From: a virus
Lineage: Duplodnaviria; Caudoviricetes
DNA length: 64,000 nt
Strand: one strand, 5' to 3'
Virus record (IMG/VR): IMGVR_UViG_3300016263_001265
Location: 1-64,000 of that record
The translations under genes were made by a program, and so were the position numbers. Below are positions 45,879-57,001 of the stretch, in pieces; the stretch's first letter is position 1, and every line of letters starts with the position of its first letter. The notes beneath the pieces are model-generated. The model ran no database searches, was not told the origin of the DNA, and was given only the letters and a program-made list of their open reading frames with translations.

Positions 45879-48800
45879 TTATATCCTTCCGACGCCAGAT
45901 GACCTGAGAAGTGATCGCTGCGCCCTCGAGACTTCTTCGGCAAGCTTCCTTATGTCCTGATCGTTTCTGACCGTTGGATTGTTGATTATAACACTTGCGT
46001 TGACCGAACCGCCAGAACCGCCAGCAGCGCCTATGCCGTGTATGGGGCGTATTCTCCTCGGGAACACCCTGGCGACGCCGCCAGGAACCACTTGCAACGT
46101 TTCCCTTCCGGCTTCCCCGACAGTAAACATCCCTGGGCCCATGATTGTACCGCCGCTTGCAAAATTTGCTATAGGATCATCTTTGCCAAGAATTTTGGTC
46201 AAAGACTTCAGGCTCAAAAGTCCAGCGGCAAATCTTTGCTCAATTGACTGCGCGTTTGCTCCTGTTTTTGTAGAATCAACGTATATTTGCCTCATCGGCG
46301 CACCAAACGCAAACCTGCCCAATGCGTTTGACATAATGCGACCAAACGTCATTGCAAAGGATATGCCCTTTTGTATTGGTCCGGCCGCCGCCTTGTCTTG
46401 AAGGGCTTTCCAGAGCCCCATGAATCTCAGCCTTACTGCATGAAGCGCAAGCTTCTGCGTGCTCTCCGTCATTGAGGCGGTTTCCTGGGCAACCTGGTTT
46501 GTTATGGTCATCCCGTGCCCCTGCCAGTTGTCGTATGGCCTTCCGCCAAGAGAGTCTGGTGAATTATTGGAGAAACCGGTTGTATCTGTTTCCACGTCGC
46601 CCGTGTCTCTCGGGTCGTTGAGTGACTTTATTGCACGCTTCAGTCTCTTTATCTGGGCTATGAATTTATCGACAACCTTCTTTAGCTTATCAATGATTGG
46701 GTCCCATGTTCCAACAAAATTATCACCAAATTCTGCCGCGTCTTGAACAAGATTTGCGTCCAGGTCTCCAACAATGGCAAACGACTCGCTGTAGAGCGCT
46801 TGTATCTTTGCAATTGCCTCATCGCCAGTAATTTTTCCGGCCTCAAGCTGAGCAAGTATGTCTTCCATTCCCTCTTGGAACTTAAGTCTGACAGATTCAA
46901 ATTTTTGCTCAAGGTCTGTGACGGCGTTTTTGTACGGAGTCGATGTCAACGCCTCGTCGAGGGCAATCTTCTTCCTTTCTAGGGCCGCCTCCCTCACGGC
47001 CGCGGTCTTTGCCTCTTCTGCTTCACGCATTCTTGCCGCCGCCTCTAGCGGGTCGACGCTTGCGTCGTACTGAGCAAGCCTTGCCAGCTCAACGTTCCTT
47101 GTTGCCTCTCTGATCCTCTTTTCAATTTCAAGAAGCCTGTTCTTTTTCTCTTGTGCTTCAATTTCATCTCGCAAAGCTTTTACGTTTGTCGTAACTCCGT
47201 CGTACACAACTTCGAACGTCGAGTCAAGCGTGTCCCTCGCTTTTTCAAGGTCTTTTTGAAGTCTTTCGTCAAAAAGCATCATGATTCTGTTTGATAGCCT
47301 TCCAGAAAGCTTTTGTATTGTTGACCTAAGCTTGTCTACTGCAGCTTGAAGCTTGCTAACCTTTTTCTGAGCCGCCTCCGCAGCAGCACCGGCGTTGTAT
47401 AGGTTGTACGGAAGGTTGTCAAGCTTGATTCCAAATTCTTTTGCAAGCACAGAAACAAACTCTTGCAGCTGCTCTAGGCTTGTAAACTTTGGCGCCTGCG
47501 CAAGCCTTATAGCGAGTTCTGCCATAGCCGCCTTGCCAGCATTTGAGTATGCAGTCCAGTCCCCAGCACCCTTTGCAACCGCCTGATTTTGCCTTGTCAT
47601 TTCGTCGGTAATAAGATTCAAGACCTTAAGCGTGTCTGCAAATTCTTTCTTTCCTATTGGAAGTCTTGCGGATACTGATTGGAGCATTTCAGATGTGCTT
47701 GGCAGTGTGTTTCCAGTGCCCTTCATGGCGCCAACAATTTCGTCAATTCTTATGTCATAGTTTTGAAGAAGGCCGTTAATCTCCTCAACGGTAAGCTTCG
47801 TGTCGGCAAATGCGTCCCTGAGAGCTATGGCCCTTTGGACCTCTGGACTGTCTACGATTCCGCCCTCTGCCTGCTGGGCCGCAACGTCTGGCATTCCAAG
47901 TGAGTCTGCAACACTTGTTCCGATGCCAGCTGTAACATTTGACGCAAGCACTGAGCCAAGGATCGGAAGAAGAAGTGCGCCGACACCGCCGGTAAGCCCT
48001 ATCATTCCTGCGATTCCAGCGCCGATGGCGGCACCGCCAAGTGTTCCAAGAAGGTCAAACCCGCTTTCAACCGCCACCCTTCCGGTGTCCTCTCCAGACG
48101 ATATTCTCCCGGCCGCGCTTGCAAGGGTGAGTCCGCTTGCAACAAGACCGCTTGTTCCTATCTTCTTCAACGCCCCAGCGCCAAAGTTAAGTGCTGTCTT
48201 TCCTCCAGTGATTGCCAATGTCCCAAGTCCCTTAATTCCAGTAAGCCCTGCGGACTTGCCCTTTGTAAGCGCGGCAAGAGCAAGGGCCGGAAGCCCAAGG
48301 CTTGTAATTTTTCCGAGCAACGAAGAGCCAGCTGTAACGGCGCCTGCCTTTGCTGCCTGCGCAAATGTTTTTACAGAGCTTGCAAACGCCGACACAGCAG
48401 TCTGGAATCTGCCAAATGTGCTTACCGGGCCAAGCGCGCTTGTCTGTATTGGGGACCTGACAGTAAATCTATTTGCGGCAAAGTCAAGAGCGCTAGTAAA
48501 TGGCCTTGCAACGGCCTGCCTTATTCTTTGCCCAATTGGCGCCATCGCCCCCTGCTCGCCCCAGTTGCCAACACCTGGGAATACTTTAGACATCGTTGCG
48601 CTTCTTGCCGAGAGAATTCCTCTGTATGCTGAGTCAAATGCTCCGATAGATAATGTTATAACTTTGTTAAAAGCCGCAGTAAAACCAGAAGTAAATTTGC
48701 CGGAAATAAGATTTTTTATCTTTGGGATTGTATCCTGAACAACCCATGGCCACGTAAACAATTTGTACATCGCCTTGATGTATACGTCGATGGCCTTGTC

Positions 48801-51800
48801 TACGATTCTTAAACCTGATGCCTTAAGTCTTGACCCCATGTCAGCAACTGATGCACTCATTCTCTTAATTGCCGACGGTATATTTTCAATATTTTCTGCA
48901 AGATAAATAAGTGGCTTGTGCAGCCTGACCATGGCTTCGGCATACCTTTCCGCAGCCATAATCATCCTTTCAATCATGGTCAACTTTGCTATGCCCCTGA
49001 TCGGACTTTGATCTGGAAGTCTAAGACCAAGGCTTTCTGCTGCGGCTGGGAGCAGTCCGGCTATCTTGGGTCCCGGAAGGAGTTTTTGGGCATTGATTGC
49101 CCCGGCTCCAAGCTGAAGATTCCCAGGGCCGAGAAGAAGCTGACGTGTCTGAGGAACTATGCTCGACAGCCCGCCAAACCTGAACCTCTTGTAATAGTCT
49201 CCAATTCTGCCCATTGGGCCGCCTACAAGGGCCATAATCGCCTCTCTCAGGCTCATTACCCTTCTCTGGAGTATTTCATCGGCCGTTGCAGAGAAATTTC
49301 CGGCATTAAGGCCAGCCCTTAAGGCAACCGACCTTCCAACCGTTGTTCCGCCACGGGCGCTCCTTGCTGTATATCCAAGAACGTCTCTTGCCCCAGCAAG
49401 CCCCCTGTTTTGAATGGCCTGGGCCAAAACAGACCTGAATGCGCCAGATGCCCTTGCGGCTCCGCCGGACGGCAGCGCACCCCTTGCCTCCATTGCCGCA
49501 AATCTTCTTGCAGAGAGCATCCCTGCCTCTGCGCTGCTTGGACCAATTCCAGCAAGCCTGGCGACAGCTCCTCCGCGCATATAGATACTGTTGTAAAGAT
49601 TTCTTAGCGCATTATCCAGGCCGCCCATGATCCCAAGTTTTCCAGGAACAACCTGACCAGACCTTGGATCTATTGCAGACTGTGTTCCAAGAATCATTTG
49701 GTTTATTGGTACAACCATCTTTTTTAGGAGAACGTAAGAAGTTGCAAGTCCAAGGGATTCGCTCAATCCTGGCATTGAGGTAAATGCCCTCATAATTAGC
49801 TCTACAACGTGAAGCATCTTTTCTAGCAGCGGGGTGGCAACTTTTAGGAATGTGAGGAATGTTGCACCAAACGCCCCAGAGGCAATAGTGGCAATTCTTT
49901 GAAGAAGCGGTCCAATCGTCGACTTCATCGTGTTGACCGCCATAATCATGCTGCCAAACATGCTTGTCATTTCATTTGTTTTTGACTCTCCAAGCATTGT
50001 GTTGATTGCTGAAATTCCAACAACTATTCCAGAAATCATTAGAAGCATTGGGTTTAGCCCGGCAGCCATTGAGAGAGCTTTTACGGCAATGATTACGCCA
50101 ACAATTGACTGGGCTAGATCTGTTCTCATTATGTCGGCAAGTATTGCAATGCCGTCGCCAAACCTTTCGATGGCGCTCATTCCCTCTCCGCCGTCGTTCA
50201 GCGAGCTGAAAAGACCATTGAAGGCATTGAAAACTCCATTGGCTGAGTTTGTGGCAATCGAGGTAAGGTCATTGAGTGTTTTGGTTGCCGGTGGAATTAA
50301 CTTTGCAAATCCATCGGCAAACTGAGTAACAAGTCTTTGTGCGTATGTTGATTGAAAGAAAAGACCAAGGTCAATAACCGCATCTCTAGTTGCCTCGAAT
50401 ATTGGCCTTGTCACCCTGGCAACAAAGTATTGGCTTACGTCTGCAAGCGTCGAGAGACCGCCCTCAAATGTCTTTGAGAGCTTCTTCATTCCTCCGCCAT
50501 AGTTCTGCGAAAGGCCGTCAATAATTGCGTCAGCCGCGCCCCTTCCGATTTTTCCGCCAGAAGTCAGGTCTCGAATGGCCTCAATCGGGTCTTCTGATAT
50601 CCTTGTGAATATCGCCGCAATCTCTGAGCTACTTGATTTTGCAAGCCTTACCTGATTTCTTGTTGCCTTGTCTGTTACTTTTGTCGTTGCCGTGACCAGC
50701 GCAGCCTGCCCCTCAACAGTTTGAACATACGCCTTATCTATTGTTTTCCCGTTGTATTCAAGAGTAATGTCTCCAGTTTTAACAAAGTCTTGCAAAAGTG
50801 CCCTGGAAAGGATTTCGTATCCAGCAATACCGGCATTTGCAAGCTGCATCATGTCGTTTTGGTATACTCGACCGGCTGATCGCATCTGACCAAGCGCGTA
50901 TGTGATTCTTCTGATCTTGTCGTCTTCGCCACCGAGGGCCGCGACGGCGTCTCCTATTGATTGCAAGTTTGGAAGAATTTCTTTTGTCTCAAATCCAAAC
51001 GCGCGCATTTTTCTTGCGGCTTCGACAAGTTCAGGGAACCTAAACGGAGTGATGTTGGCGAATCTTTGAATAGATTCAACCATGTACGTTGCTTCCTGAG
51101 TTGCCTTGCCGACATCAACAGTTTCGCCCTGCTTTTTCATTTCATTTTCAAAGAGGGTCTGGAACGCAACTGTTGAAGTTTCAAGTGTTGCATTGAACTT
51201 TATGATTCCGTCTTTGAAGTGCGCAAGAACTGCGCCAAGCGCCTGGGAAATTTCTCTTGTTATCTCTTGAGAGAAACCGAACTGAATTTGCTGCTTAAGA
51301 TTGCCAAGTATCCCCATTGTGTCGTTTGCAAACTTGGTAACACCATCAGTTCCGATTTGCGGTCCCGGTATGACCATGCCGCCAAATCCACCCATACCAA
51401 AACCACCGGCACCGCGAAGCGGGCCGCCAACCCCTCCTCCGCCACCGCCGCCAAACCCACCAGTTCTGACCGCGTATCCCGGGGGCCTCTGAGATCCGCC
51501 CCTGTCAAATGTAACGGCTCGCTGCGCTGCCGCAGACCTGATTGGAGCAGTTGTGGCCCTGAACGCCGACCTTGCCTCTCGCAAAATTTCGGTTTGTATT
51601 GATGCAAGCTGTCTTGGGAACATCTGTGCCATTCTTGTGATTGCGGCGGCCCTGGCTCTTCCCTGCATCTGCAAAGCCATTTGTGGACCGAGAGAGAGAT
51701 TCCCCTCTGCATCAGACGCATATCCAGTCGCTGGCCTTCCAGCCCGTACCGCCCTCTGGGCTCGTGAGATTGCCCTTGATTCAAGCCCTTTGAAAATCTC

Positions 51801-54800
51801 TGATTGAATCCTGTCCAGCTCTGAGCCAATTGTGGTTCTTTGTCCTCCCCGAACAATACCTGGAAGAATTTTCCCAAGAATTGCCCCAGACTTTATCTGA
51901 TCTACACTGGCAGAAAGGGCCTTTTTCCTTGCCGCGTCGTAATCTGCTGCAGCCTTTTGATACTGAGCTTGCTCTGAGTCGACAAATCTGAATGGTCGGC
52001 CAGTCTTTGTTGCAGCGTTATAAAGCCTTGCCCCGATAGATCTGCCTGCGCCACCCTGCATTTTTCCGGCAATGCCGCCCTTGATGCCTGATGCGGTATC
52101 AAGTATTTCTTGTACTTTCTGGAGCGCAATAACAATCTTTTGAAGATTCCCAATGTTTGGAGATCTGATTTTTCCAATTTGATCCAACATGGTCCCAACC
52201 GGGCCAAGGTCGATATTCGGTATTCTCCCACCAACGGCATGGCCAGCAACCGACTCAACGGCCCCAACGGCAGCCTCTGTAACGGTTTTTGCCGCACCTT
52301 TCGATGCAAATGCTGGAGTGACAATCTTTCTTGGTGCTCTTGTCGGAAGAATTCCAGCGGCTCGGTTTGGAAGCGGGCTTTGATCACCAAAATCAATTCT
52401 TCTTTCGAGTGGTATTTTCCCGGTTGCGTATCTTGCCGCAGCATTTGCTTGCCAATCTGCTCTTGCTTTTATTTGACTTCGTACGTTTGCCCGGAAGGCC
52501 TTCCTCTGGGCTGCGGCCGCCTTGGCGGCCTCAAACTGGCCCCTAAGGCTCGACATGTTTTCTGGAGAAAGATCAATTCCGGCTCTTTTCCCAATCTCAC
52601 GAAGAGTTTCTTCGCTTCCGAATTTCTTTAAGAATCCTTTTCTTAAGACTTTTTCGCTTGGCGGCTTTGCCCTTCTCATTTGGGATGCAAGCCATTCGGC
52701 AGCCGTCATTCCGCTCTTGCCAGACCTGATGGTCTCGCTCTTCATGACATCGTCTATTGCTGACTTAATCGCCTCTTTTTGCTTCGGCGTTAGGCTTGGC
52801 CCTCCGGCCTGCTTCCCTCCGTGAATTGCCTTATACAAATCGAAGGCGCCAGTCTGAGCAAGCGGAACTCCGGTTGATGGGTCAAATCGCATCCCACTTG
52901 CGCGAACAGCATTTACCATTGAAAGCATGGCTTTTCCTGCGTCGCCAAGTTTTGCCGCAGCTGCAGTTGCCTCTACATCAATTCCCTGCTTTTTCCCGCG
53001 GACTTTTGGTTGCATGACAAGCTGATCTGCAGAAGAGATCAGTCCCTGCTTGACAAGGTATTTTTCTAGGCCGCTAATTCCCGTCGGCGGCTTGCCCTGG
53101 CCCGGGGCGGCAAACCTGTCCCCCTTTGCGCCAACAACAAACGGCCTTCCCTTTTCGTCGACGGGAACTCCTTGCTCGTTTACACCGGCGGCAGTACTGA
53201 GCTTCCCGGATGCCCTTGTCGCCCTGGATGACTTTTCTTTTGCCGAAGCGGCTTTTGCCTCTTGCCTTGCAAGCTTTGCCTGATCCCTCAGCCTTCCCAT
53301 TTCTTCTGCGACCTGCTCTTTTGTGAGCGGTCTTTCTACCAGCTTTGAGGTTGCGCTTTCTGGCGTTGCCTTAAGCTGGCGAACACCTTCTTTTGTCAGG
53401 TCGTCAAACCAGGACTGAATGAGCTTTTTTGAGTAGCTTTCGTTGGGGAATATGTTTTTGAAAATGTCTTGAAGGGTTCCTTCTCCCTTAAGCCCAATAG
53501 ACCTGAAGTCAAGACTTCCTCCTTTTCCAATGCCAAGACTTGCAAGAAGAGAGTCGATTCTTCTTGGGTCTACAGCTTCCCTGTCAATTCTTGAGCCGAG
53601 TTGCTGCCTTAGGAACCCAAAAAGCTCCATCCTGGCAGCGCGACCGACGGCGTCCTCTCCGCTAACGGCAAACAAGCGCTTCAATATCTTTTCTGGATTC
53701 ATTTTTGCCGCAGCTTCTGCTTGAATAAGATCTTCTTGAATTTGCTGATTCGTTTTTCCCTGGGCCCTCATCACGCTTTGCATTGTTCCGTTTGTAGAAG
53801 ATGGGCTAAGGCCCATCTCCCTTAGCTGATCGTACGTTATGATTCCCTTAGCGCTAAACACCCGATTGGCAACGCCCTCAAAACGTTCCATCTTGCCCAG
53901 GTACTTTAGGTCAATTGACGTGTAAAGTAGCTTGCCGCTTGCATCTTTATACGGCACTTTTCCACCGCCGATAACCTTCATTACCTCCTTATATCTTTGA
54001 GTTATTCCAAGAAGTTCTTCAACGGCAAGTCTTCCCTCCGGGGTAATTCTTCCAAGACTGTCAAAAAGCTTTCCTGAAAGATGCAAATTTGCAATTTCTG
54101 CGTTTTTTGACGCTATGTGATTAGCAATACCGGCTCGAATGTTTGACATTGTGGTGTCGTCGGAAAACACCGAGCTCCTGAATATCGGCATATGTCTGCC
54201 CTGGAGGGGAAGATCCGATTTATCCCTAACTTCTGCTTGTATTTGCGCAAACTTTAGAATTGCAGCTTCAGTTTCAGATAGCGCTCCGGCATATCCTGTT
54301 GTCTTTCTTGCCCCATACGATGTCGCAAGCTCTTGAAGTATTTTTCTAGACGAAGAGATTTCTGGATCAAGAGCTTTTACAGTGTCTTTTACTTTTTGCC
54401 TGTACTCTTCTTGCCTCTCTTGCGGACTCTTTCCCCTAAAAATTTCACTGGGGCGCAAAATAATCTTTGCTTTTCCCATGCCAAGCTTTGGCAGCCTGGC
54501 GGCAAGTCCCTTTCCGCCCTTCTTGTCTACAAGTCCAGGGACAAGCCTCCTAATGGACGGCGGCATTCCACGCAAATGTTGATACATTTCAACAAGCGCA
54601 TATTCGCTGTCAAGAGCGGCGACATACGCCCTCTCGTCATCTTTTCTTCCCTTGCGGGTTGTGCCCTGCAAATCTTTCCCAAGTCTGATTGCAAGCTTTT
54701 TTCTTTCTTCCGTTATTGCACTAATTGTGCTAACGATAAAGGCTTTTGTTAGTCCGCCCTTAGGGATTCTTGAGCCATATTTTGTTTGCGATATTTCATC

Positions 54801-56303
54801 ATGCATAGCCTCCAGCAAATTTTTTAGTTGTGATTCTAGTTCTTTTGTCTTTTCAATCTTGGCCGACCTTACCGCCCTTCTTTCGCCTCGCCTTGCTTCG
54901 GCCATTTTTTCTTGGCCTAGTTTTATTTCTGCTTGGGTTTCTATTGTTTCTCTTGAGCGATGAAGCTCCTTAAGGATTTTGACAACATCCCTTGCCTGTG
55001 ACGATCCAGAGATCGCCATCTCTGCAGCCCGGAAATACCTTTTAAGTTGCTCTGCGGCTTTTGGATCAACAAGTATTTGATCGCCGCTAATAACTCTTTT
55101 TATTTGTATAGCTGATGCATTTACAAAAACCCATGATTTCGCTTTTGCATCCCAACGGTAAAGCTCCGGTCCGTCTTTTGTAGTATCGACAAAGTACCCC
55201 TTGTTTCCTGTTGGCGGAGGGGCTTTAGAAACATCACCAGATTGATACTTTCCGTCTTTTACCGCTTTTAGTGCAAGCTTGAGTCTTGTTTCCTGATCTT
55301 GCATTGCGCCAGGGTTTTTTGACGCATATGCAAGAAACGCCTGGACTATCTTGTCTGATGATGAGCCGGTCAAGGAAACTTTTTCTCCGGCAAGTTTTCC
55401 AGTAGCAAGAATTTCTGCTATTTTTTGAAAATCTGATGCCGTGCTTTTTATTACATTTCTATCCGCTACGTTTCCGCTAAAGGTTATCTGGCCTGTTTTT
55501 GGATTTATCTTCAAAGAACCTTTTGTTCCAGGGTAAACAATTGAAGCCATCAATACTGAAATAGCTAGCTCTGGGTCTTTTTCAAATATGTTTCCTATCT
55601 GGGCCGCAAGCCCAGTTCTTTTTCCTCCAGAACCAAATCCAAGAACGCTAAAGGCTTTTCCAAGCTCGGTGACCCCTCTTCCTTCCGAATACTCAGAAAG
55701 AATTCCCTCCACTATTGCGTCTAGTGGACCGCCGAAACCCCTAATGCGAACCGCAGCCGGAACCTTTTTACCATCAAGTTCGTAAACTTTTTGAGACTCT
55801 TTTGACTGCCAAAATTCCCTGTCAAGCTTTGCAAATGGTCCCTGACGCATTGCTCTCGCGGCCGCAGAAACAAATCTTCTTTGAAGCCTTGCCTTGGCTC
55901 TATCTGCAACAGATACTTTTGCTCTTGTTCTTGCTCCTTGAACTCGAGATGCCTCTGCGGAAACTCGAAAAGCTGATGTAACCCCTGCATTCTTAATGCT
56001 TTCAAAAAGCTTTGGGTCTTTTGATCTTATTTTTGTAAGAACTTCTAATACTTTCTTTCGCCCGGATGGCGTGTTTGGAATATCTTTTGGCACACCATAG
56101 CTATCTAGAGGAACACCAACTGATTTAAGAAATTTAGTTATTCTCGGCCAGTCTGGCTCGGTATCAAATCCCTCGGCAAATTGAAAATCAACCGAACCAG
56201 CCCTTGTTACGCTTCCGGGAACAAGCTTATTCCAGACAAGGCCTTGAATGATATCTAGCGAATCATCTGTATCTAGAATAAAATCGTCTTTTTCTTTTGC
56301 CAT
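45879..56303 (-). CDS. tape measure protein with about 1650-aa N-terminal extension
   Basis: FA..TPF..PEL...A....AFG...RITYALGQM tape-measure motif; position after the chaperones. Confidence 0.85.
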   Translation of the reverse strand: MAKEKDDFILDTDDSLDIIQGLVWNKLVPGSVTRAGSVDFQFAEGFDTEPDWPRITKFLKSVGVPLDSYGVPKDIPNTPSGRKKVLEVLTKIRSKDPKLFESIKNAGVTSAFRVSAEASRVQGARTRAKVSVADRAKARLQRRFVSAAARAMRQGPFAKLDREFWQSKESQKVYELDGKKVPAAVRIRGFGGPLDAIVEGILSEYSEGRGVTELGKAFSVLGFGSGGKRTGLAAQIGNIFEKDPELAISVLMASIVYPGTKGSLKINPKTGQITFSGNVADRNVIKSTASDFQKIAEILATGKLAGEKVSLTGSSSDKIVQAFLAYASKNPGAMQDQETRLKLALKAVKDGKYQSGDVSKAPPPTGNKGYFVDTTKDGPELYRWDAKAKSWVFVNASAIQIKRVISGDQILVDPKAAEQLKRYFRAAEMAISGSSQARDVVKILKELHRSRETIETQAEIKLGQEKMAEARRGERRAVRSAKIEKTKELESQLKNLLEAMHDEISQTKYGSRIPKGGLTKAFIVSTISAITEERKKLAIRLGKDLQGTTRKGRKDDERAYVAALDSEYALVEMYQHLRGMPPSIRRLVPGLVDKKGGKGLAARLPKLGMGKAKIILRPSEIFRGKSPQERQEEYRQKVKDTVKALDPEISSSRKILQELATSYGARKTTGYAGALSETEAAILKFAQIQAEVRDKSDLPLQGRHMPIFRSSVFSDDTTMSNIRAGIANHIASKNAEIANLHLSGKLFDSLGRITPEGRLAVEELLGITQRYKEVMKVIGGGKVPYKDASGKLLYTSIDLKYLGKMERFEGVANRVFSAKGIITYDQLREMGLSPSSTNGTMQSVMRAQGKTNQQIQEDLIQAEAAAKMNPEKILKRLFAVSGEDAVGRAARMELFGFLRQQLGSRIDREAVDPRRIDSLLASLGIGKGGSLDFRSIGLKGEGTLQDIFKNIFPNESYSKKLIQSWFDDLTKEGVRQLKATPESATSKLVERPLTKEQVAEEMGRLRDQAKLARQEAKAASAKEKSSRATRASGKLSTAAGVNEQGVPVDEKGRPFVVGAKGDRFAAPGQGKPPTGISGLEKYLVKQGLISSADQLVMQPKVRGKKQGIDVEATAAAAKLGDAGKAMLSMVNAVRASGMRFDPSTGVPLAQTGAFDLYKAIHGGKQAGGPSLTPKQKEAIKSAIDDVMKSETIRSGKSGMTAAEWLASQMRRAKPPSEKVLRKGFLKKFGSEETLREIGKRAGIDLSPENMSSLRGQFEAAKAAAAQRKAFRANVRSQIKARADWQANAAARYATGKIPLERRIDFGDQSPLPNRAAGILPTRAPRKIVTPAFASKGAAKTVTEAAVGAVESVAGHAVGGRIPNIDLGPVGTMLDQIGKIRSPNIGNLQKIVIALQKVQEILDTASGIKGGIAGKMQGGAGRSIGARLYNAATKTGRPFRFVDSEQAQYQKAAADYDAARKKALSASVDQIKSGAILGKILPGIVRGGQRTTIGSELDRIQSEIFKGLESRAISRAQRAVRAGRPATGYASDAEGNLSLGPQMALQMQGRARAAAITRMAQMFPRQLASIQTEILREARSAFRATTAPIRSAAAQRAVTFDRGGSQRPPGYAVRTGGFGGGGGGGVGGPLRGAGGFGMGGFGGMVIPGPQIGTDGVTKFANDTMGILGNLKQQIQFGFSQEITREISQALGAVLAHFKDGIIKFNATLETSTVAFQTLFENEMKKQGETVDVGKATQEATYMVESIQRFANITPFRFPELVEAARKMRAFGFETKEILPNLQSIGDAVAALGGEDDKIRRITYALGQMRSAGRVYQNDMMQLANAGIAGYEILSRALLQDFVKTGDITLEYNGKTIDKAYVQTVEGQAALVTATTKVTDKATRNQVRLAKSSSSEIAAIFTRISEDPIEAIRDLTSGGKIGRGAADAIIDGLSQNYGGGMKKLSKTFEGGLSTLADVSQYFVARVTRPIFEATRDAVIDLGLFFQSTYAQRLVTQFADGFAKLIPPATKTLNDLTSIATNSANGVFNAFNGLFSSLNDGGEGMSAIERFGDGIAILADIMRTDLAQSIVGVIIAVKALSMAAGLNPMLLMISGIVVGISAINTMLGESKTNEMTSMFGSMIMAVNTMKSTIGPLLQRIATIASGAFGATFLTFLKVATPLLEKMLHVVELIMRAFTSMPGLSESLGLATSYVLLKKMVVPINQMILGTQSAIDPRSGQVVPGKLGIMGGLDNALRNLYNSIYMRGGAVARLAGIGPSSAEAGMLSARRFAAMEARGALPSGGAARASGAFRSVLAQAIQNRGLAGARDVLGYTARSARGGTTVGRSVALRAGLNAGNFSATADEILQRRVMSLREAIMALVGGPMGRIGDYYKRFRFGGLSSIVPQTRQLLLGPGNLQLGAGAINAQKLLPGPKIAGLLPAAAESLGLRLPDQSPIRGIAKLTMIERMIMAAERYAEAMVRLHKPLIYLAENIENIPSAIKRMSASVADMGSRLKASGLRIVDKAIDVYIKAMYKLFTWPWVVQDTIPKIKNLISGKFTSGFTAAFNKVITLSIGAFDSAYRGILSARSATMSKVFPGVGNWGEQGAMAPIGQRIRQAVARPFTSALDFAANRFTVRSPIQTSALGPVSTFGRFQTAVSAFASSVKTFAQAAKAGAVTAGSSLLGKITSLGLPALALAALTKGKSAGLTGIKGLGTLAITGGKTALNFGAGALKKIGTSGLVASGLTLASAAGRISSGEDTGRVAVESGFDLLGTLGGAAIGAGIAGMIGLTGGVGALLLPILGSVLASNVTAGIGTSVADSLGMPDVAAQQAEGGIVDSPEVQRAIALRDAFADTKLTVEEINGLLQNYDIRIDEIVGAMKGTGNTLPSTSEMLQSVSARLPIGKKEFADTLKVLNLITDEMTRQNQAVAKGAGDWTAYSNAGKAAMAELAIRLAQAPKFTSLEQLQEFVSVLAKEFGIKLDNLPYNLYNAGAAAEAAQKKVSKLQAAVDKLRSTIQKLSGRLSNRIMMLFDERLQKDLEKARDTLDSTFEVVYDGVTTNVKALRDEIEAQEKKNRLLEIEKRIREATRNVELARLAQYDASVDPLEAAARMREAEEAKTAAVREAALERKKIALDEALTSTPYKNAVTDLEQKFESVRLKFQEGMEDILAQLEAGKITGDEAIAKIQALYSESFAIVGDLDANLVQDAAEFGDNFVGTWDPIIDKLKKVVDKFIAQIKRLKRAIKSLNDPRDTGDVETDTTGFSNNSPDSLGGRPYDNWQGHGMTITNQVAQETASMTESTQKLALHAVRLRFMGLWKALQDKAAAGPIQKGISFAMTFGRIMSNALGRFAFGAPMRQIYVDSTKTGANAQSIEQRFAAGLLSLKSLTKILGKDDPIANFASGGTIMGPGMFTVGEAGRETLQVVPGGVARVFPRRIRPIHGIGAAGGSGGSVNASVIINNPTVRNDQDIRKLAEEVSRAQRSLLRSSGVGRI

Positions 56304-56645
56304 TTATCTTGCCTGTTTTTCTGCGCGCTTCCTCAGCGCCTCGATTCTTTCATTAACCAGCTGTTGCTTTGCTTCCGGTGAGCCAAATTGCATAACAAGT
56401 GCCTCAATGGAAGACTGCTTATCCGGCGCGTCAAGCATCTTTTTGCCACTGCCGGTTTTAGATACGGCGGAAGACGCTTTCATCTTCTTGTCGCGGCTTT
56501 CCATGTACCTGCCAAAAGATGCAATTTGGGGAAGGGTCATACGCATAAAATCGTCTGGTGTGTATCCAAACGCATCTGCGTACGACCCCATAATGACCCC
56601 CCAATCGATGTCTGACCAGCTTACGCCGGATTTGCTGCTTTTCCC
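56304..56645 (-). CDS. tail assembly chaperone T segment, reached by -1 frameshift
   Basis: The -1 frame is open from GGGAAAA (56639-56645) into ORF 56304-56591. Confidence 0.8.
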   Translation of the reverse strand, partial: GKSSKSGVSWSDIDWGVIMGSYADAFGYTPDDFMRMTLPQIASFGRYMESRDKKMKASSAVSKTGSGKKMLDAPDKQSSIEALVMQFGSPEAKQQLVNERIEALRKRAEKQAR

Positions 56646-56920
56646 ACCTGCTCGCCCTCCTCAGGCTCTTCCGGCAGGAGTCCGCTGTCTCTAAGAACCT
56701 TGGTTACCGTCTCCTGCATCGTTCTGATGTCGAAGCGATCACCAACTTCTCTTTCGGTGATTTCCGGTTCATTTCTCTTGATTGCAAGCCAAAGCACATA
56801 TCTAAGGACGTTGAACTTATTGAAGTCAATCTTGTCAATCGCCCCGTATTTGTCCTCAAGATCCGCCAGGTCATTGAGGTTTAGTGCCTTCTTCGGGCTG
56901 ATTTCTACCAGGTTTGCCAT
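56621..56920 (-). CDS. tail assembly chaperone G
   Basis: Between the tail tube and TMP genes; slippery heptamer near its end. Confidence 0.8.
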   Translation of the reverse strand: MANLVEISPKKALNLNDLADLEDKYGAIDKIDFNKFNVLRYVLWLAIKRNEPEITEREVGDRFDIRTMQETVTKVLRDSGLLPEEPEEGEQVGKAANPA

Positions 56921-57001
56921 ATCTCCCTATCTCCTATACTTCCAATCACGGCAAGTCGCCGCGTGGATATCATAGCGCAACCAGCGCTAGATAATTTATA
57001 A

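Noticed and set aside
54025-54335. Single-subunit RNA polymerase motifs in the 3474-aa ORF (DSLGR/TPEGR and R..K...YG-like)
   Set aside because: Order and spacing do not fit T7/N4 motifs; no motif A or C is recognisable; the ORF has a clear tape-measure domain and context.
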